This document shows, piece by piece, positions 61,000 through 64,000 of a stretch of DNA of 64,000 bases (position 1 is its first letter; every line of letters starts with the position of its first letter). Origin of the DNA: Chiloscyllium plagiosum (lineage: Eukaryota); contig NC_057719.1 in the NCBI RefSeq assembly GCF_004010195.1, forward strand, positions 50,519,008 to 50,583,007. The letters run 5' to 3'. The position numbers and the translations under genes were made by a program. The notes beneath the pieces are model-generated. The model had not been told where the DNA came from, made no database searches, and saw nothing but the letters and a program-made list of their open reading frames with translations.

Positions 61000-62641
61000 C
61001 AGGACTTACACAGTTACTAAACAAAGAGACCTAAGAGTGCAACTCTATTGTTCCTTGAAAGTGGAAGCACAGATAGACAGGGTGGTGAAGATAATGTTTG
61101 GCCATTACTCATTGTTCAGAGTATTGTGTATTGGAGTTAGGACATCATGTTAAGCTGAACAGGACATTAGTAAGGTCACTTTGAGAATACTGCATACAAT
61201 TCTGGTCTCCCTGCTATAGGACGAATGTTGTTAAACTTAAGGGTGCAGAAAATATTTGTAAGGATGCTGCCAGGACTTGAAGATTTGAATTTTCAGGAGA
61301 GACTGAATAGGCTGGGACTTTTTTCCCTGGAGCATCAGAGGCTAAGGGGGTGACCTTATAGAGGTTTATAAAATCATGAGGAGCATTGGTAGGGTGAATA
61401 GCCAAGATCGATTTCTGAGGGTGGGGGAGTCCAAAATTAGAAGACCAGTTTGAGGTCAGAGAGGAACAATTTGAAAAGGACCTAAAGGTTGACCTCTTCA
61501 TGCAGAGGGTGCAACACGTATGGACCGAGTTGCCAGAAGTAGTAGTGGAGGTGGGTACAATTACACTATTCAAAAGGATTTCGAGTGATATGAGTCAAAT
61601 GTTGGCAAATGGGATGAGACCTATTTGGGATGTCTGGTCGGCACAGACAAGCTGAACCGGTCTGTTTCCATGCTGTATGATTCTAAAAAAGACCTATGTA
61701 CGTGTAGAACATTCAAAAGATCTAACATAAACATAAAGGTAAAGTTTCAATCTGTTACCCAACACTATGCTGTTCGGGGTATTCTATTGCAACTTCAAAA
61801 TTCTTAGGACTGTGGGGTGAGTTTTAGATTCCTTTCCAAATTTGCTGATATGAACATCTCTCAAATCTGATCTATTTTTTCAATTCTAACAACCTGAAAT
61901 TTTCTTGGCTTGGAAGTTCCACAAACTTGGCTATGATGGCTAGTACACCTGAAGTAAAATCTTTATTTGCCGCCTGGGGAAACTCATCTCCCTTCTGAAT
62001 TGAACTCCTGAGTCTTCTGAACTGATACGTTGAATCTTCTGTTCTGAAGTCAAGATTAAATTAATGGCATTCTAGTCTATTAACTCAGTAATATAAAGAT
62101 TTTATCCATTAACATGACAGGGGTTTTCCCAGGCACCTGACTTAAGTCACTGTACAAAATAACATTCTGACCTGTTTTTAAACAAAAGCCTTCACAGAAC
62201 TAACCCACAACCATCTGCCTCTATTTTAAAACCTACATATTGGATACCTTTCACAACAGTGACAGGCATTATTTCTGACATAATCAAAAAAAATTGGTTG
62301 GTGTGGATGCATTTCTCAATGATGGGACATGAAATGCCAAAGTCTATCCAGTTATGAAAAAAAGTTACTTCCGTGGTGTGCCAGTTCTTTTCTCAAATTC
62401 TGCAATGAAGGTCCAATCAATTTTTATTTTAATATTTCTGCCTGTACTTGAAAGCACAGTTACTTTTGCCTAGTGTCAGCTTTAAATATTTCCCATGAGA
62501 GAAATTTCACAAGCTCTCCACTGATTCTACCTCAACTAGGTAAATCAAATTTATAAAATCAAAATACATGAAATCTACATGTAAAAAAAGTGCTACAGGC
62601 TGGCAGTAATCAAGTTCAACAGCCCATCAAAAATTCACTTG

Positions 62642-62925
62642 GAGTCATGCAGCACGGAAACAGACCCATTGGTGTTACTCATCTGCGCTGACAAGAGATC
62701 CCAATCTGACCAAGTCCCATTTGCCAGCATTTGACCCATATCTCTTTAAATGCTTCTTAATCATATCCTCATCCATCTCCCTGTTAAATTATGTAGTTGT
62801 ACCCATCTCTGCCCCTTCCTCTGGCAGCTCATTGTACACACGCACCACCCTCTGTGTGAAAAAGTTGCCCCTTCGGTCCCTTTTAAATCTTTACCCTTTC
62901 ATCTTAAATCTGTGCCCTCTAGTTT
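62642..62925 (-). mobile_element. CR1 3' fragment
   Basis: Same sequence class as 8095-8380, e.g. 'accaccctctgtgtgaaaaagttgcccc'. Confidence 0.9.
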
Positions 62926-64000
62926 TTTGTAATTTCTGTATGTTTTATTGTTAAAGAACATCTGCAACATTGTGTGAATATGTTTGTGAGTAACTACCGC
63001 AGTAACAGCTACAAAAATAAACATATGATTTACCAAGCCAGATTTCTTTTTGGGATCTGACTTATCCAGTGTCAACATCAGCTGGGATCATAACAGCTGG
63101 GATCATAACAGCTGATTATCAGTTGCATGAGATCCAAATGGAGGTGAACACCTTGATGAAAATTCCTTCCAAGAATTGAGAATTAACATGCAAATTGTCT
63201 TAAAAACCTGAAGTAAAAGATATTGTAATGCCAGGTTAAGAAGCAAGGCAGAATCTTTAATAGAAATTAGTTTATTGTAGGTCTATCAAGACACAGTTGG
63301 TTCGCGAACTAAAATGGTCAATTTAACTGGTTTGTAGTTTTATGCAGTTTGTATGCCAAAGAATGATAAACTGTTTCATGAAAAAGGTATTCCATGATGA
63401 ACACAGCAGGGAAATAGTTTCATATTCACAGGTGAATACTATATTATTAAATCAGTTTTGGACTAAATCTCTTGCTGATTACACATTAAGGACTGGTTTC
63501 AGAATAATCAACTCATTTTAAATTAGGACCTTTCTCCTTGCACAATGAGGACACATCCATTACCAATTACTAAGAAGAATTTGAAAACTGTTTCTTGAGG
63601 TAAAACAATAGTCTCCTAAAGCACATTGTGCTCACATTTTGTGTCCTATTAAAAGTAAAAAAAAGTTTAAAAAATTCAGTTAGATCATTTTTGTGTTTAC
63701 ATTAAGGAACAGAAACAAAATGTTTCTATGCTTTATCATCACATCAAGCTTTCCAATAATGAGATAGCTATACATGTTTTGTTTTGACCTGAGTGTTTAA
63801 TTATTTACAACTGCTAAGGGGATTTTCAACATATCTGCCAAAATCCTGTTGACTGTATGATTTAAAAAGAATCCTATTACAGCTACAAACAACTGTTAAA
63901 ATTCGTTGGGGTGAACAGAGGTGAACATGTGTGCATTTATTATTCCTATCTTCCCCATATCAGCATTACTATGATTATCTGTTATACTAGATAGGAAATG

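Larger units (their letters stand above)
57700..61685 (+). mobile_element. Long decayed CR1 (ORF1 esterase, APE endonuclease, RT, 3' UTR)
   Basis: SGNH-type 'GDS', 'MVCCFPDGRVK' and 'IVHIGTNNIG' at 57950-58420; APE 'VYFNAKGL' at about 58570; RT 'KPGNYRPVSL'; CR1 tail at 61600-61685. Confidence 0.92.

Overview
Repeat-dense vertebrate genomic DNA, not prokaryotic. HE1-type SINEs with matching CR1/HER1-type LINE tails point to a cartilaginous fish, probably a shark (inference). The window appears to be mostly intronic. A + strand host gene that I cannot name is supported by phase-compatible, stop-free exons at 3278-3479, 9815-9991 and 49164-49284 (alternative acceptor at 49050), plus a possible first exon at 2268-2333. 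The rest is nested mobile DNA: many CR1 copies, a near full-length decayed L1 (36480-42020), a Penelope-like element (30340-34191), RTE, L2 and Rex1-like fragments, SINEs, Tigger-like MITEs and solo LTRs. Two systems stand out. (1) A family of at least 10 short non-coding retroelements starts with a minimal hammerhead-ribozyme motif. One copy is a perfect 91-bp palindrome with a 15-bp TSD, and it shares the ribozyme and inverted-repeat-plus-tail layout with the Penelope element in the same window. (2) A stack of Tx1-like non-LTR derivatives sits repeatedly at one motif (TATAA|ACAGGAGTGTCAG) at the TATA box of a solo LTR, suggesting a site-specific retrotransposon that targets another retrotransposon's promoter. 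Family assignments are from motif recognition only, with no database search. Boundaries of old repeats are approximate. An N gap lies at 31646-31804.
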